Under the pieces are notes generated by a model, which saw only the letters and a list, made by a program, of their open reading frames with translations, had not been told where the DNA came from and ran no database searches. 64,000 nt of DNA, from assembly GCF_000026545.1 (NCBI RefSeq), contig NC_011601.1; one strand, given 5' to 3'. The stretch comes from Escherichia coli O127:H6 str. E2348/69. Its GTDB lineage: Bacteria > Pseudomonadota > Gammaproteobacteria > Enterobacterales > Enterobacteriaceae. Shown here in pieces: positions 1 through 11,071 of the stretch (positions within the stretch are counted from its first letter, which is position 1; every line of letters begins with the position of its first letter). The position numbers and the translations under genes are program-made.

Positions 1-596
1 TGGAAGATCAGCCTGCCGTGCAACAGGCTGCCACCGAAGTACGTAACGCCTGGCTGGCGCTGGAGCGTACCCGTATTGTCAGTCCGATGACCGGTTATGT
101 CTCCCGCCGCGCGGTACAGCCTGGGGCGCAAATTAGCCCAACGACGCCGCTGATGGCGGTCGTTCCAGCCACCAATATGTGGGTGGATGCCAACTTTAAA
201 GAGACGCAGATTGCCAATATGCGTATCGGTCAGCCGGTCACCATCACCACCGATATTTACGGCGATGATGTGAAATACACCGGTAAAGTGGTTGGTCTGG
301 ATATGGGCACAGGTAGCGCGTTCTCACTGCTTCCGGCGCAAAACGCCACCGGTAACTGGATCAAAGTCGTTCAGCGTCTGCCTGTGCGTATTGAACTGGA
401 CCAGAAACAGCTGGAGCAATACCCGCTGCGTATCGGTTTATCCACGCTGGTGAGTGTCAATACCACTAACCGTGACGGTCAGGTACTGGCAAATAAAGTA
501 CGTTCCACACCGGTCGCGGTAAGCACCGCGCGTGAAATCAGCCTGGCACCTGTCAATAAACTGATCGACGATATCGTAAAAGCTAACGCTGGCTAA
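1..596 (+). CDS. emrA: Multidrug efflux membrane fusion protein EmrA, C-terminal part (5' end outside window)
   Basis: ORF 18..596 open to window start; position immediately upstream of emrB; protein recognised by recall. Confidence 0.88.
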   Translation, partial: EDQPAVQQAATEVRNAWLALERTRIVSPMTGYVSRRAVQPGAQISPTTPLMAVVPATNMWVDANFKETQIANMRIGQPVTITTDIYGDDVKYTGKVVGLDMGTGSAFSLLPAQNATGNWIKVVQRLPVRIELDQKQLEQYPLRIGLSTLVSVNTTNRDGQVLANKVRSTPVAVSTAREISLAPVNKLIDDIVKANAG

Positions 597-612
597 TCCA
601 GAGGTGCGTGTG

Positions 613-2151
613 ATGCAACAGCAAAAACCGCTGGAAGGCGCACAACTGGTCATTATGACGATTGCGCTGTCACTGGCGACATTCATGCAGGTGCTGGACT
701 CCACCATTGCTAACGTGGCGATCCCCACTATCGCCGGGAATCTGGGCTCATCACTCAGTCAGGGAACGTGGGTGATCACTTCTTTCGGGGTGGCGAATGC
801 CATCTCGATCCCGCTTACCGGCTGGCTGGCAAAGCGCGTCGGGGAAGTGAAATTGTTCCTCTGGTCAACCATCGCCTTTGCTATTGCGTCGTGGGCGTGT
901 GGTGTCTCCAGCAGCCTGAATATGCTGATCTTCTTCCGCGTGATTCAGGGGATTGTCGCCGGGCCGCTGATCCCGCTTTCGCAAAGTCTATTGCTGAATA
1001 ACTACCCGCCAGCCAAACGCTCGATCGCGCTGGCGTTGTGGTCGATGACGGTGATTGTTGCGCCAATTTGCGGCCCGATCCTCGGCGGTTATATCAGTGA
1101 TAATTACCACTGGGGCTGGATATTCTTCATCAACGTGCCGATTGGCGTGGCGGTGGTGTTGATGACACTGCAAACTCTGCGCGGACGTGAAACCCGCACC
1201 GAACGGCGGCGGATTGATGCCGTGGGGCTGGCACTGCTGGTTATTGGTATCGGCAGCCTGCAGATTATGCTCGACCGCGGTAAAGAGCTGGACTGGTTCT
1301 CATCACAGGAAATTATCATCCTCACCGTGGTGGCGGTGGTGGCTATCTGCTTCCTGATTGTCTGGGAGCTGACCGACGATAACCCGATAGTCGATCTGTC
1401 GTTGTTTAAGTCGCGCAACTTCACCATCGGCTGCTTGTGTATCAGCCTCGCGTATATGCTCTACTTCGGCGCGATTGTTCTGCTGCCGCAGTTGTTGCAG
1501 GAGGTCTACGGTTACACGGCGACGTGGGCAGGGCTGGCCTCTGCGCCGGTAGGGATTATTCCGGTGATCCTGTCGCCGATTATCGGCCGCTTTGCGCATA
1601 AACTGGATATGCGCCGACTGGTAACCTTCAGCTTTATTATGTATGCCGTCTGCTTCTACTGGCGTGCCTATACCTTTGAACCGGGTATGGATTTTGGCGC
1701 GTCGGCCTGGCCACAGTTTATCCAGGGTTTTGCGGTGGCCTGCTTCTTTATGCCGCTGACCACCATTACGCTGTCCGGTTTGCCACCGGAACGACTGGCG
1801 GCGGCATCAAGCCTCTCCAACTTTACGCGAACGCTGGCGGGGTCTATCGGCACGTCGATAACCACGACCATGTGGACCAACCGCGAGTCACTGCACCATG
1901 CACAGTTGACTGAGTCGGTAAACCCGTTCAACCCGAATGCTCAGGCGATGTACAGTCAACTGGAAGGGCTTGGTATGACGCAACAGCAGGCATCAGGCTG
2001 GATTGCCCAGCAGATAACCAATCAGGGGCTGATTATTTCCGCCAATGAGATCTTCTGGATGTCAGCCGGGATATTCCTCGTCCTGCTGGGGCTGGTGTGG
2101 TTTGCTAAACCGCCATTTGGCGCAGGTGGCGGCGGGGGTGGTGCGCACTAA
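613..2151 (+). CDS. emrB: Multidrug efflux MFS transporter EmrB
   Basis: ORF 604..2151; ATG at 613 gives MQQQKPLEG N-terminus; polytopic membrane protein ending in native Gly-run GAGGGGGGAH. Confidence 0.93.
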   Translation: MQQQKPLEGAQLVIMTIALSLATFMQVLDSTIANVAIPTIAGNLGSSLSQGTWVITSFGVANAISIPLTGWLAKRVGEVKLFLWSTIAFAIASWACGVSSSLNMLIFFRVIQGIVAGPLIPLSQSLLLNNYPPAKRSIALALWSMTVIVAPICGPILGGYISDNYHWGWIFFINVPIGVAVVLMTLQTLRGRETRTERRRIDAVGLALLVIGIGSLQIMLDRGKELDWFSSQEIIILTVVAVVAICFLIVWELTDDNPIVDLSLFKSRNFTIGCLCISLAYMLYFGAIVLLPQLLQEVYGYTATWAGLASAPVGIIPVILSPIIGRFAHKLDMRRLVTFSFIMYAVCFYWRAYTFEPGMDFGASAWPQFIQGFAVACFFMPLTTITLSGLPPERLAAASSLSNFTRTLAGSIGTSITTTMWTNRESLHHAQLTESVNPFNPNAQAMYSQLEGLGMTQQQASGWIAQQITNQGLIISANEIFWMSAGIFLVLLGLVWFAKPPFGAGGGGGGAH

Positions 2152-2157
2152 GGTTGC

Positions 2158-2186
2158 CAAAGGGAGCTGCGGCTCCCTTTTTATTT
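2158..2186 (+). terminator. Rho-independent terminator downstream of emrB
   Basis: GC-rich hairpin aaagggagc-tgcg-gctcccttt followed by T-run. Confidence 0.65.
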
Positions 2187-2408
2187 GCTCATTCTGCAAA
2201 CGGTTGTTTTATACACTCATTCGGTGTATCTTTTCGCCGCCCCAAACTCTTCCATTCACCATTAGCCGGTTCTGAGCATTCGCTCAGGTTGTTAATTCTC
2301 TTTTTCCTTCGCCCTTGCTTTCGCGGGTGATACTCACATTTTTATTTTAACCCCATAACTCGCACCCTCGCGGGCGTACATTTATTACACACAAAATAAT
2401 GGATTATT

Positions 2409-3116
2409 ATGAATACCCAACGAAAATACGGGAGAACCTGGCATTACCCCTTCTCTCCAGGCACCACCAGCGATGACCGCATTAACACCGATTACTGGCA
2501 GGATTTAAAGGCCATCACGCAATTGGTGCACACAGAAAAACTCGATGGCGAAAATAACTGCCTTAACCGCTACGGCGTGTTTGCCCGCTCCCATGCCACG
2601 CCTACGCAGTCGGCATGGACCTATAAAATTCGCCAACGCTGGCAACTGCTGAAAAACGATCTCGGCGACCTGGAGTTGTTTGGTGAAAATCTCTACGCCG
2701 TTCATTCCATTGAATACCGCGCGCTGGAACAGGACTTTTACCTGTTTGCCGTTCGCTGCCAGGATATGTGGCTGAGCTGGGAAGAGGTGCAGTTTTACGC
2801 CGCTCTGTTTGATTTCCCCTGCGTTCCCGAAATCTCCGGCCCGCAGCCGGGGAATGATGAAAAAAGCTGGCAACGTGATTTTCTGGCGCTGGCCAATGCG
2901 CGCGGCACATTCGATCCCTGGGATACGCAAACCTGGCAACCCTGTACGCTGGAAGGCATTGTCAGCCGAAATCATGATGCGTTTTCTGTCGCTGACTTTT
3001 CGCATAACGTCTTCAAGTATGTGCGCAAAAATCATGTCAAAACCACTGTGCACTGGAAACGCCACTGGCAACGGGCGCGGATGGCCCATGAGTTCGTTTA
3101 TGGAGAACAGTCATGA
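2409..3116 (+). CDS. ATP-dependent RNA ligase family protein (nucleotidyltransferase domain)
   Basis: 235 aa ORF; covalent nucleotidyltransferase motif I K-x-D-G in TEKLDGEN; ligase-like FGENLY and KYVRK motifs; no K-12 counterpart at this locus. Confidence 0.65.
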   Translation: MNTQRKYGRTWHYPFSPGTTSDDRINTDYWQDLKAITQLVHTEKLDGENNCLNRYGVFARSHATPTQSAWTYKIRQRWQLLKNDLGDLELFGENLYAVHSIEYRALEQDFYLFAVRCQDMWLSWEEVQFYAALFDFPCVPEISGPQPGNDEKSWQRDFLALANARGTFDPWDTQTWQPCTLEGIVSRNHDAFSVADFSHNVFKYVRKNHVKTTVHWKRHWQRARMAHEFVYGEQS

Positions 3117-4225
3117 TTTGGCAACTTACCGACGATAAACGCTGGTCGGCGCTACGTCAGCGTTTTAGCTGGGTTGAGGAGATGCATCACACGCCACAAG
3201 ACCCTGAGCATCATGGTGAAGGCGACGTCGGCGTACATACCGAAATGGTGCTTAACGCCCTCATTACTCTGCCAGAATTCCAGCAACTCCCCGCTCAACA
3301 GCAGGAAGTTTTATGGGCGGCGGTGTTATTGCATGATGTTGAAAAGCGCAGCACTACCGTGCAGGAAAACGGACGTATTCAGTCTCCTGGTCATGCTCGT
3401 CGGGGCGAACTGACGGCCCGACAAATTTTATGGCGCGATATCCCAACGCCGTTCGTGCTGCGCGAGCAAATTGTTGCACTGGTGCGTCTGCATGGGTTAC
3501 CGCTATGGTTACTGGAACGCCCGGAACCGGAGCGTTTGTTGCTCACGGCTGCAATGCGCATCGACACGCGTCTGCTCGCTTTGCTTGCTCGTGCCGATCT
3601 GCTTGGTCGCCAAAGCCCGGATCAGCAATCAATGCTGGAACGCATCGATCTGTTCGAGCTGTTTTGCCATGAGCAACAATGCTGGGGAAAAATGCGCCCG
3701 TTCGTTTCTGATTCCGCACGCTGGCATTACCTGACCCATGAGCAAAGTTCTCCTGATTTTGTTCCCTGGGGGGCTGAACCTTTTGAGGTTATTTTGCTGT
3801 GTGGCTTACCGGGTATGGGCAAAGATCGCTATATCAGTGAACAGTGCCAGGGAATTGACGTTATCAGCCTTGATGATATGCGGCGGCGAATCAATGCCAG
3901 CCCGGATGACAAAACCGCTACCGGGCGTATTGTGCAACAGGCAAAAGAAGAGGCGCGCGTTTTTTTACGCCAGAAAAAGCCGTTCATCTGGAATGCAACG
4001 AACATTACCCGCCAGCTGCGTAGCCAGCTCATCAGTCTGTTTACGGCTTACGGCGCACGAGTAAAAATCGTTTATCTGGAAGTGCCATGGGCGCAATGGA
4101 AGCAGCAAAATGCCAGACGCGAGTATGCAGTTCCTGAAGCGGTCGTGATGCGGATGGCCTCAAGGCTGGAAGTTCCTCAACCTGATGAAGCACATAGCGT
4201 GGAGTATCGGGTGATTGAAAGGTAA
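3113..4225 (+). CDS. HD-domain phosphohydrolase fused to P-loop kinase-like domain (putative RNA end-healing enzyme)
   Basis: 370 aa ORF; start overlaps upstream stop (ATGA); N-terminal H..HD motifs ([17 protein letters not shown]); C-terminal Walker A-like [10 protein letters not shown]. Confidence 0.65.
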
Positions 4226-4247
4226 ATAAATATCCTCCGGCATAGCC

Positions 4248-5797
4248 CTGTCTCTTATACACAAATCCCCACCCGGGGATTTGTGATGTCTGTCAGTCTG
4301 CTTTAGGGGGACTCTTTCCATCCGGTAGTTTCCTTCCTCCCCGGCAGCGATTTTTTGAACTTTTTCCTCACCTGTTGATCTTCTCTTATATTTCATTTTC
4401 TTCGGGTCTGTTATGGTACTTTCTGATTGTTATTCATGGGCTAACGAGCAGTTTGGACATGCCCGTCTCGGTGATCCGCGTCGTACACGACGCCTTGTGT
4501 CACTGGCCTCTTCTCTCGCTCAGCATGCAGGTCTTTCTATTGTGAAATCATCCCAGTCCACTGCTCAGGTTGAAGGTGCGTACCGCCTGATACGTAACCC
4601 GTCTGTGTCCCCGCAAGCCATTGCCGAAGCCGGATTTACCGCCACTGTAAGGGCATGTGAGGCTCATCCGCTGCTCCTCGCGCTGGAAGACACCACCACC
4701 ATTAACTTCAGTCACAGTACGGCATCTGATGACCTGGGGAATACCACCACTAACCCGAAGACGCGCGGGCTGCTGGCTCACTCTGTCCTGATGTACGCCC
4801 CCGACAGCGCCCTGCCAGTCGGTCTTATCGAACAGCAGCGCTGGAGTCGTGCCACGGACACCTACGGTGTTAAGCACCAGCGAAAAGAACGTCCCTATGA
4901 AGAAAAAGAAAGTTACCGCTGGCAGCAGGCTTCGGAGCGCATGGCCGAACGGCTGGGGGAGATACAGAAACGGGTAATCACTGTCTGTGACCGGGAAGCG
5001 GATATCTGGCATTACCTGCATTATAAAGTCAGCCACGGGCAGCGCTTCGTGGTGCGTGCAGCACAGAATCGCCGGCTGGAAGAAGCACCCGGCAAGCTCT
5101 TCGAACTGCCGGAAGTCCTGGCAACCGCGGGAAGCCACACGCTGAATGTGATGCAAAAAGGCGGGCGGGCAGCCCGCCAGGCCCGGATGTTCATCAGTTA
5201 CAGCGAAGTCAGCATAAAAAATCCCGACAACAGCGGCCAGGCGCTCCCGCTCACGTATGTCTGTTGCCGGGAGCAGGCAGAGGACGGCGCCTGCTGGCAT
5301 CTGCTGACGTCAGAAAAAGTGGCGAGTGCCGCCGATGCGCGACGTATCGTCAGCCATTACGAGCGACGCTGGCTGATAGAGGAATACCACAAGGCGTGGA
5401 AAAGTGGTGGTACATGTGTGGAATCGCTGCGAATGCAGACCCGGGATAACCTCGAGCGCATGGTGGTTATCAAGGCGTTTATCGCGGTGCGGGTGCTGGG
5501 CCTGCGGCAGGGCGGTATCAGTGAAGAAACACAAAATGACAGCTGTGAGAAAATACTGACGCCGACAGAGTGGAAACTGCTGTGGGTTAAGCTGGAAGGA
5601 AAACCGCTTCCGTCACAGATGCCGACACTGAAATGGGCCTGTCTGAAACTGGCGAAACTGGGGCGATGGCATGACAGCAAACGCACCGGTCGCCCCGGTT
5701 GGGTAGTCATGTGGGATGGCTGGTTCAGACTTCAGGATATGGTTGAGGGTTACCTGGTGATGAAGTCTCTTGATCAGGAGATCTGATCAAGAGACAG
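4248..5797 (+). mobile_element. IS4-family IS50(Tn5)-like insertion sequence, copy 1 (1550 bp)
   Basis: Ends CTGTCTCTTATACACAAATCC and AGATCTGATCAAGAGACAG (the latter matching the Tn5 inside end as recalled); 9-10 bp duplication cggcatagcc; identical to copy 2. Confidence 0.85.
4413..5786 (+). CDS. IS4-family DDE transposase (Tn5 Tnp-like)
   Basis: 457 aa; Tn5 transposase-like motifs GDPRRT, VCDREADI, RWLIEEYHKAWKSGG, DNLERMV, DSKRTG. Confidence 0.88.
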   Translation: MVLSDCYSWANEQFGHARLGDPRRTRRLVSLASSLAQHAGLSIVKSSQSTAQVEGAYRLIRNPSVSPQAIAEAGFTATVRACEAHPLLLALEDTTTINFSHSTASDDLGNTTTNPKTRGLLAHSVLMYAPDSALPVGLIEQQRWSRATDTYGVKHQRKERPYEEKESYRWQQASERMAERLGEIQKRVITVCDREADIWHYLHYKVSHGQRFVVRAAQNRRLEEAPGKLFELPEVLATAGSHTLNVMQKGGRAARQARMFISYSEVSIKNPDNSGQALPLTYVCCREQAEDGACWHLLTSEKVASAADARRIVSHYERRWLIEEYHKAWKSGGTCVESLRMQTRDNLERMVVIKAFIAVRVLGLRQGGISEETQNDSCEKILTPTEWKLLWVKLEGKPLPSQMPTLKWACLKLAKLGRWHDSKRTGRPGWVVMWDGWFRLQDMVEGYLVMKSLDQEI

Positions 5798-5893
5798 CGG
5801 CATAGCCGGAGGTTTTTCAAATGCGCCTATAAGGCTCTCTTACCAGCCGCGCCCTAACAGGCGCACACGATCTGACATTTGCATCCAACTTCG

Positions 5894-6352
5894 TTACTTA
5901 CGGCCCGTAAACGGGCTGCCCGGATAGGGAATCGATAACTGCTCTCCCATTTTATCCTCTTCAAGCTGGTGCTTTATGTAATCCTGTATCTTCGCCGTGT
6001 TCTTACCCACCGTATCGACGTAATACCCTCTGCACCAGAACTCCCTGTTCCTGTACTTGAATTTCAAATCACCAAACTGCTCGTAAAGCATCAGACTGCT
6101 TTTCCCTTTCAGATATCCCATAAAGCCGGATACGCTCATTTTGGGCGGGATCTCCACAAGCATATGGATATGATCTGCACAGCATTCAGCTTCCAGAATC
6201 CGTACACTTTTCCACTCACACAGCTTTCTCAAAATACAGCCTATTGCTCTACGCTTCTCTCTGTAGAACACCTGTCTTCGGTATTTTGGCGCAAATACTA
6301 TGTGATATTTACAGTTCCATCGGGTGTGCGCTAAGCTCTTTTCGTTCCCCAT
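5894..6352 (-). CDS. tnpA: IS200-family transposase TnpA (Y1 HuH)
   Basis: MGNEKSLAHTRWNCKYHIVFAPKYRR N-terminus, HIHMLV HuH motif, C-terminal catalytic Tyr region; ORF 5894..6403 with start at internal Met. Confidence 0.85.
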   Translation of the reverse strand: MGNEKSLAHTRWNCKYHIVFAPKYRRQVFYREKRRAIGCILRKLCEWKSVRILEAECCADHIHMLVEIPPKMSVSGFMGYLKGKSSLMLYEQFGDLKFKYRNREFWCRGYYVDTVGKNTAKIQDYIKHQLEEDKMGEQLSIPYPGSPFTGRK

Positions 6353-6544
6353 TGGGACCCCCTTTTGATTTCTTGTTTGACACTTGCAGTTGCCAGACCG
6401 CAAGGTGTTTTAACAAATCAAAAGGGGTTTTAATAACTGGCTCAAAGCTGAAAGCTTTCCGGAACCCCCAGCCTAGCTGGGGGTTTTCTGTGCACAAAAA
6501 ACCGGGCGGTGGTGTCACCTGCCCGGCTTCTTTTGTTCCACTGA

Positions 6545-7060
6545 CTAAATGTGCAGTTCCTGCAACTTCTCTTTCGGCAGCGCCAGTTCTTCGTTGCTGT
6601 TGATGCGCACGTCACGTTCCAGAATGCTACGCGCAATATCCTGCGCTTCCTGCAACGAGTGCATCTGGTAAGTGCCACACTGGTAGACGTTCAGTTCCGG
6701 GATCTGATTCTGATCCTGCACTTTCAGCACGTCTTCCATTGCCGCTTTCCAGGCATCAGCGACACGCTGCTCATCTGGCGTACCAATCAGACTCATATAA
6801 AAACCGGTGCGGCAGCCCATTGGCGAGATATCGATAATCTCTACGCCATTACCGTTAAGATGGTTACGCATAAAACCAGCAAACAGGTGCTCCAGGGTAT
6901 GGATCCCTCTTTCTGGCATCACTTCTTTGTTCGGCACGCAGAAGCGCAGATCGAACACGGTGATTGCGTCGCCATGCGGGGTGTTCATTGTTTTCGCCAC
7001 CCGAACTGCAGGCGCTTCCATCCGGGTATGATCGACTGTGAAGCTATCTAACAACGGCAT
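6545..7060 (-). CDS. luxS: S-ribosylhomocysteine lyase LuxS
   Basis: 171 aa ORF, LuxS sequence by recall. Confidence 0.95.
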
Positions 7061-7094
7061 TTAGCCACCTCCGGTAATTTTTTTAAAAATTTTC

Positions 7095-7122
7095 TGAACT
7101 CTTTCTTCCCAGGCGAGTCTGA
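7095..7122 (+). promoter_or_regulatory. sigma-E type promoter of micA (-35 tgaact, -10 tctga)
   Basis: Spacing and sequence fit the sigma-E consensus about 7 nt upstream of the MicA 5' end. Confidence 0.6.
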
Positions 7123-7128
7123 GTATAT

Positions 7129-7205
7129 GAAAGACGCGCATTTGTTATCATCATCCCTGAATTCAGAGATGAAATTTTGGCCACTCACGAGTGGCCTTTT
7201 TCTTT
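7129..7205 (+). ncRNA. micA: MicA (SraD) small regulatory RNA
   Basis: Sequence gaaagacgcgcatttgttatcatcatccctgaattcagagatgaaattttggccactcacgagtggccttttt matches MicA by recall; terminator hairpin plus T-run; between luxS and gshA. Confidence 0.85.
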
Positions 7206-7209
7206 TCTG

Positions 7210-8793
<1,584 letters not shown>

Positions 8794-8838
8794 TTAATTA
8801 GCATAACTGTAATGGTGACCATATGTGCAGGCCTACAA

Positions 8839-9267
8839 TTAGTGCCACCACATCATGCCCTGAACGGTAGCTGCTGCAACTGCAACATAGCGTAACGCTT
8901 TACCAAGGCACAAAAAAAAGATTACCGGTCCCCACGAGATGCGCATCCATCCCGCTAACAGACACAGTAAATCGCCAACCACGGGCATCCAGCTTAATAA
9001 TAGCGTGACTGCACCATAGCGTTTCAGCCAGCCGGTAGCTTTCTCTTGCCAGCGCGATGTTTTACGCAATGGAAAGAAACGCCCAAGGATAACGTTAGTT
9101 AACCCTCCAAGGCTATTACCCATTGTTGCTGTTAAAACTAAAACCCAGGGATGACTCACTCCGGAAAGCAACATTGCCACCAGCACGACTTCGGAGTTGC
9201 CGGGTAATAGTGTAGCGCTGAGAAAACTACTGGCAAACAACGAGAAAAGCGATAACGCTTCACTCAC
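8839..9267 (-). CDS. yqaA: Inner membrane protein YqaA (DedA/SNARE-associated family)
   Basis: 142 aa hydrophobic ORF, conserved position. Confidence 0.85.
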   Translation of the reverse strand: MSEALSLFSLFASSFLSATLLPGNSEVVLVAMLLSGVSHPWVLVLTATMGNSLGGLTNVILGRFFPLRKTSRWQEKATGWLKRYGAVTLLLSWMPVVGDLLCLLAGWMRISWGPVIFFLCLGKALRYVAVAAATVQGMMWWH

Positions 9268-9830
9268 AGCAAGCGAACATCCACGGCGTCCATGCCTGCT
9301 GCACGGGCCGCCTGAATACCGAAATCGGCATCTTCAAAGACCACACACTGCGTCGGTTGCACGCCCATACGCTGCGCGCACAACAAAAATGTGTCTGGCG
9401 CGGGTTTATGGTGTTTGACGTGATCGGCAGCGACGACGGCGTCAAAATAACGGCGTAATCCCAGGTGTGCCAGCAATGCCTCAGCGATGGCGCTTTCACT
9501 CCCCGTTCCTACAGCCATTGGGCGACGACCATGCCAGCTTTTCACCACTTCAACAAGAGGAAGCGGCTCGACACTATCCAGCAGCATACTTCTTACTGCT
9601 TCTGTTTTTTCACGCGCTAACGCATGCGGGTCGAGATCGGCCTGATTCAGCTCAATAATCGCCTGAGCAATACGCCAGGTGGGCGAGCCATTAAGCGCAA
9701 TCATCGCCTGAACATCGTACTGAAGACCGTAGTGCCCTAATACTTCGCGCCACGCTTTACGGTGCGTAGGCTCGGTATCCAGGATGGTGCCATCCATATC
9801 AAAAATTAAACCTGCATAACGCTCGTACAT
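9264..9830 (-). CDS. yqaB: HAD-family sugar phosphatase YqaB
   Basis: 188 aa, HAD motif FDMDGTILDTE. Confidence 0.9.
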   Translation of the reverse strand: MYERYAGLIFDMDGTILDTEPTHRKAWREVLGHYGLQYDVQAMIALNGSPTWRIAQAIIELNQADLDPHALAREKTEAVRSMLLDSVEPLPLVEVVKSWHGRRPMAVGTGSESAIAEALLAHLGLRRYFDAVVAADHVKHHKPAPDTFLLCAQRMGVQPTQCVVFEDADFGIQAARAAGMDAVDVRLL

Positions 9831-9977
9831 GGTCTTCTCGCAAGTCGAAAAATATGACGCTACTTTAGCGTAATTGCTTGATTTTGTCGCTGATGGCGAA
9901 GGAGAAGAAAATTCAGGAAATGGATAAAGTAGTTATTTAGAAATGAGATATTTTTGAAGGAAATTTTTTGGAGAATA

Positions 9978-10054
9978 TGGTGCATCCGGGAGGATTCGAA
10001 CCTCCGACCGCTCGGTTCGTAGCCGAGTACTCTATCCAGCTGAGCTACGGATGC
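9978..10054 (-). tRNA. argQ: tRNA-Arg (ACG)
   Basis: 77-nt reverse complement of tRNA-Arg with CCA end; first of four identical copies; copy naming nominal. Confidence 0.9.
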
Positions 10055-10117
10055 ATCGGGAAAATTTATTTTACTACTGATATTGATATCGCTACTAAAG
10101 CCATATCAAGTAAGAGA

Positions 10118-10194
10118 TGGTGCATCCGGGAGGATTCGAACCTCCGACCGCTCGGTTCGTAGCCGAGTACTCTATCCAGCTGAGCTACGGATGC
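10118..10194 (-). tRNA. argZ: tRNA-Arg (ACG)
   Basis: Identical 77-nt copy. Confidence 0.9.
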
Positions 10195-10257
10195 ATCGGG
10201 AAAATTTATTTTACTACTGATATTGATATCGCTACTAAAGCCATATCAAGTAAGAGA

Positions 10258-10334
10258 TGGTGCATCCGGGAGGATTCGAACCTCCGACCGCTCGGTTCGT
10301 AGCCGAGTACTCTATCCAGCTGAGCTACGGATGC
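10258..10334 (-). tRNA. argY: tRNA-Arg (ACG)
   Basis: Identical 77-nt copy. Confidence 0.9.
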
Positions 10335-10397
10335 ATCGGGAAAATTTATTTTACTACTGATATTGATATCGCTACTAAAGCCATATCAAGTAAGAGA

Positions 10398-10474
10398 TGG
10401 TGCATCCGGGAGGATTCGAACCTCCGACCGCTCGGTTCGTAGCCGAGTACTCTATCCAGCTGAGCTACGGATGC
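10398..10474 (-). tRNA. argV: tRNA-Arg (ACG)
   Basis: Identical 77-nt copy. Confidence 0.9.
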
Positions 10475-10477
10475 AAA

Positions 10478-10570
10478 TGGCGGTGAGGCGGGGATTCGAA
10501 CCCCGGATGCAGCTTTTGACCGCATACTCCCTTAGCAGGGGAGCGCCTTCAGCCTCTCGGCCACCTCACC
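10478..10570 (-). tRNA. serV: tRNA-Ser (GCU)
   Basis: 93-nt reverse complement of tRNA-Ser with long variable arm and CCA end. Confidence 0.88.
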
Positions 10571-10885
10571 ACACGCCTCTTACGAGTGCTTCGAAGAACT
10601 TGTTTATCGCTCATCGTCGCTGCGTGGCGCACATATTACTTTCTGAGACTTATAAGTCAAACAATTTTTCCCACACTTTTATCGTTTGCACACTTCACGC
10701 TCAATTAGTCTGTAAAAACGTCAAAAAGAGTGTTTTATCAACAGAAAAACGGAGGTCTGACAGATAGCAGTAATGCAAAAAAATGGAGACTTAAGTTGAA
10801 TGAACGGGAGTAAAGCGAAAAGACAATGGAGTGAAAGAGAAATTTTGAGGGTGCGTCTCACCGATAAAGATGAGACGCGGAAAGA

Positions 10886-11071
10886 TTAGTAACTGGACTG
10901 CTGGGATTTTTCAGCCTGGATACGCTGGTAGATCTCTTCACGGTGAACAGAAACTTCCTTCGGGGCATTTACGCCAATACGTACCTGGTTGCCCTTTACC
11001 CCTAAAACTGTCACGGTGACCTCATCCCCAATCATGAGGGTCTCACCAACTCGACGAGTCAGAATCAGCAT
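10886..11071 (-). CDS. csrA: Carbon storage regulator CsrA
   Basis: 61 aa [61 protein letters not shown]. Confidence 0.97.

Larger units (their letters stand above)
4225..6496 (-). mobile_element. IS200/IS605-family element (about 712 bp) split by an IS50-like insertion; parts 4225..4247 and 5798..6496
   Basis: Terminal hairpins (cctccggctatgccggagg; cccccagcctagctggggg) and Y1/HuH tnpA; second copy at 30410..32680 defines the ends. Confidence 0.8.
9978..10474 (-). repeat. Tandem array of four identical tRNA-Arg genes with identical 63-bp spacers (140-bp period)
   Basis: Exact repetition of the tRNA plus spacer unit seen in the sequence. Confidence 0.9.

Noticed and set aside
2101-2151. Poly-glycine coding run (GAGGGGGGAH) at the 3' end of emrB, considered as a possible slippage-prone repeat or frameshift
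   Set aside because: The ORF is continuous and this Gly-rich C-terminus is the native EmrB end as I recall it
4548-5300. 250-aa ORF antisense to the IS50-like transposase (also 30737..31489)
   Set aside because: Lies wholly within the transposase gene on the opposite strand with no independent signals; treated as an artefact
9968-10442. Three identical 61-64 aa ORFs ([31 protein letters not shown]...) and a 134-aa ORF at 10363..10767
   Set aside because: They are translations of the tandem tRNA-Arg genes and spacers on the opposite strand; the repetition comes from the tRNA array, not from protein-coding genes or a CRISPR array
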